NCBI RefSeq assembly: GCF_009914755.1
Contig: NC_060941.1
Length of the DNA stretch: 64,000 nt
Strand: one strand, 5' to 3'
From: the human T2T-CHM13v2.0 reference genome, Homo sapiens
Numbering within the stretch: position 1 is the stretch's first letter; each line of letters opens with the position of its first letter. Under the pieces are notes generated by a model. That model did no database searches. It saw nothing but the letters and a program-made list of their open reading frames with translations, and was not told the origin of the DNA. Position numbers and translations under genes: made by a program. Below, piece after piece: positions 62,378 through 64,000 of this stretch.

Positions 62378-64000
62378 ACAGATGTTTTATACTCTGGGTA
62401 TAAGACTCTGACTCTCAAATCTGACAAACGAAAACTTGAAGCTTTAAAAAAAAAAGAAATGGTTGGAAGTTGGGAAACTTCTCATTTAAAAGTTCCAGAC
62501 AATTTTTGTGTTCTCTAACAGTGAAGACTGAAGTTTTCCCTGGGACTGATGCCCTTGTTTTGGTGAAAGTCTTCTGAAAGGACCTGTTAGTTGTGCAGAA
62601 GTAAGGCTAGGCCTCCTCCTGTTCTCGGGGCTCAGGGTGTGAGTGGTCTGAGGCCCGCCATCGACCCCGGTGCCTCAGTGGCAGATCGAGTGTCTCTCAT
62701 CCCTTGTGGCCACTTGATCTGCTGAATTCTGAGTCGGATGTGTTGAAGTCTCTTCCTCTGAACTGTGGTTTGTGTAAAAAGCTTTGATTTCTAAGAGATT
62801 ATGTCGAACCATACATAAAGGTTTCTAGCCCTATCTTCTTGGTGGTGGCTTTTACCTTTAATTTTAGTTAGTCCTTTTAATCTTGAAGTATACATTTTGC
62901 AATACCAATATTACTGTTTCCATCTATGTTTTGAGGTTAGAAATCAGAGTTGGAGGCAGGGTCTGGGCCCAGGTGCTCTTGCCAGGGCTGCTTTCTAGGG
63001 TAGAATGGAGGAAGAGCCTTGGGCAAGGGCCAAGACCACTGGCCACTGTCGCCAGGGGAGCACTCAAAAGTCAGGGCTGTGCCTGGGAGCAAGAGGGACT
63101 CCAAAGACCCAGAGCAGATCTGGAGCACTGTGAGTTGGAGGAGTTGGGGTCGGACGGCAGCCTACAAGGGTGAGGGTGGTGAGAAAGCAGGGTGAACAGA
63201 GAAGGACAGATGTGGCCCGCTCAGGGATCCACACCAGTGTATGGAAACTGAGGCCCAGAGACCACCAGCCAGTAAATAGCTGGACCCAGGGAGGCCAACT
63301 CCACAGTACGCACCCTTAACTACCATGCCGGGTAGCATCCTTACTGTCCCAGAAGCATGCTTGCTTCCTCTTTACACAAACCATCCCACTCTACACCTCT
63401 TCCCCTGAGCGCACAGGACAGGACAGGACAGCTCAGTCAACACTGTCAAACCCATGACTCATGGGAGGAGCATCCCTCCAGGCATGAGTGAGCTCAGCAT
63501 GGCACAGGTGTGCCAGGATGACCCCTACTGACATTTCTTCCCTGCTTGTGTACTCTTTGGGATGCTCCCACCCCTATCTCCTGCCACCCTCAGAGCCCCA
63601 TAACTGTGTCCCCCTGGCTGAGGCAGCCCTGTGCCCACGGCCCTGGAACTCACTGGGCTCAGATAGGGAGCCTGGGAACCGCTGAAGGCCATCTCCACCG
63701 CCTCTGTGGCCACCGCTGCCTTTCACACCTGCCAGGCAGTCCTTTGCAGAAGGAATGACTTAACAAAGAAATAGAAACCAAAGCAACTTGGCTGTTATTC
63801 AATGGGGAGGAGCCGGCAGCAAGAGGAAGTGGGTCCAGAGAGAGAAAGGTGGTAGGGTGCTGGTTGAACTGGGGTGACACTCATAGAGGGAAGTAGGCAC
63901 TCCCAGCCCCAGTGACCTTTCCCTCCTCCCTCTCCTGTGCTCAACCCCAGCCTGAAGCATAATTGGTTTATAGAGGTCTACAATGCTTGACCACACTGAC

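Overview
Hominid (most likely human) repeat-rich genomic DNA; I find no intact protein-coding gene. The backbone is an unprocessed pseudogene copy of the 3' half of SPECC1 (cytospin-B) on the + strand. Eight decayed coding exons lie between 12130 and 46619 (coiled-coil region to the start of the calponin-homology domain), plus the probable short-isoform terminal exon near 20467. They carry stop codons, frameshifts and dead splice sites. SPECC1 was identified by comparing translations with the protein as I remember it, not by a database search. The rest is mobile DNA: about 35 Alus or Alu fragments, old L1s, a 5'-inverted L1PB, a full-length SVA, MER9, LTR2, MER68 and MaLR LTR elements, a Tigger, MER58A, MADE1, and MIR/L2 remnants. 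Subfamily names are assigned by eye and are approximate. I see no evidence of a new biological system. The most unusual structures are: (i) a ~300-bp inverted copy of intronic DNA from 36 kb away, sitting at an L1/L1 junction that may be the duplication breakpoint; (ii) a cryptic ~41-bp-period ancient tandem array at ~490-1530; (iii) a small polyadenylated LTR-like fragment that appears retroposed; and (iv) several Alu-, L1- and LTR-related rearrangement scars.
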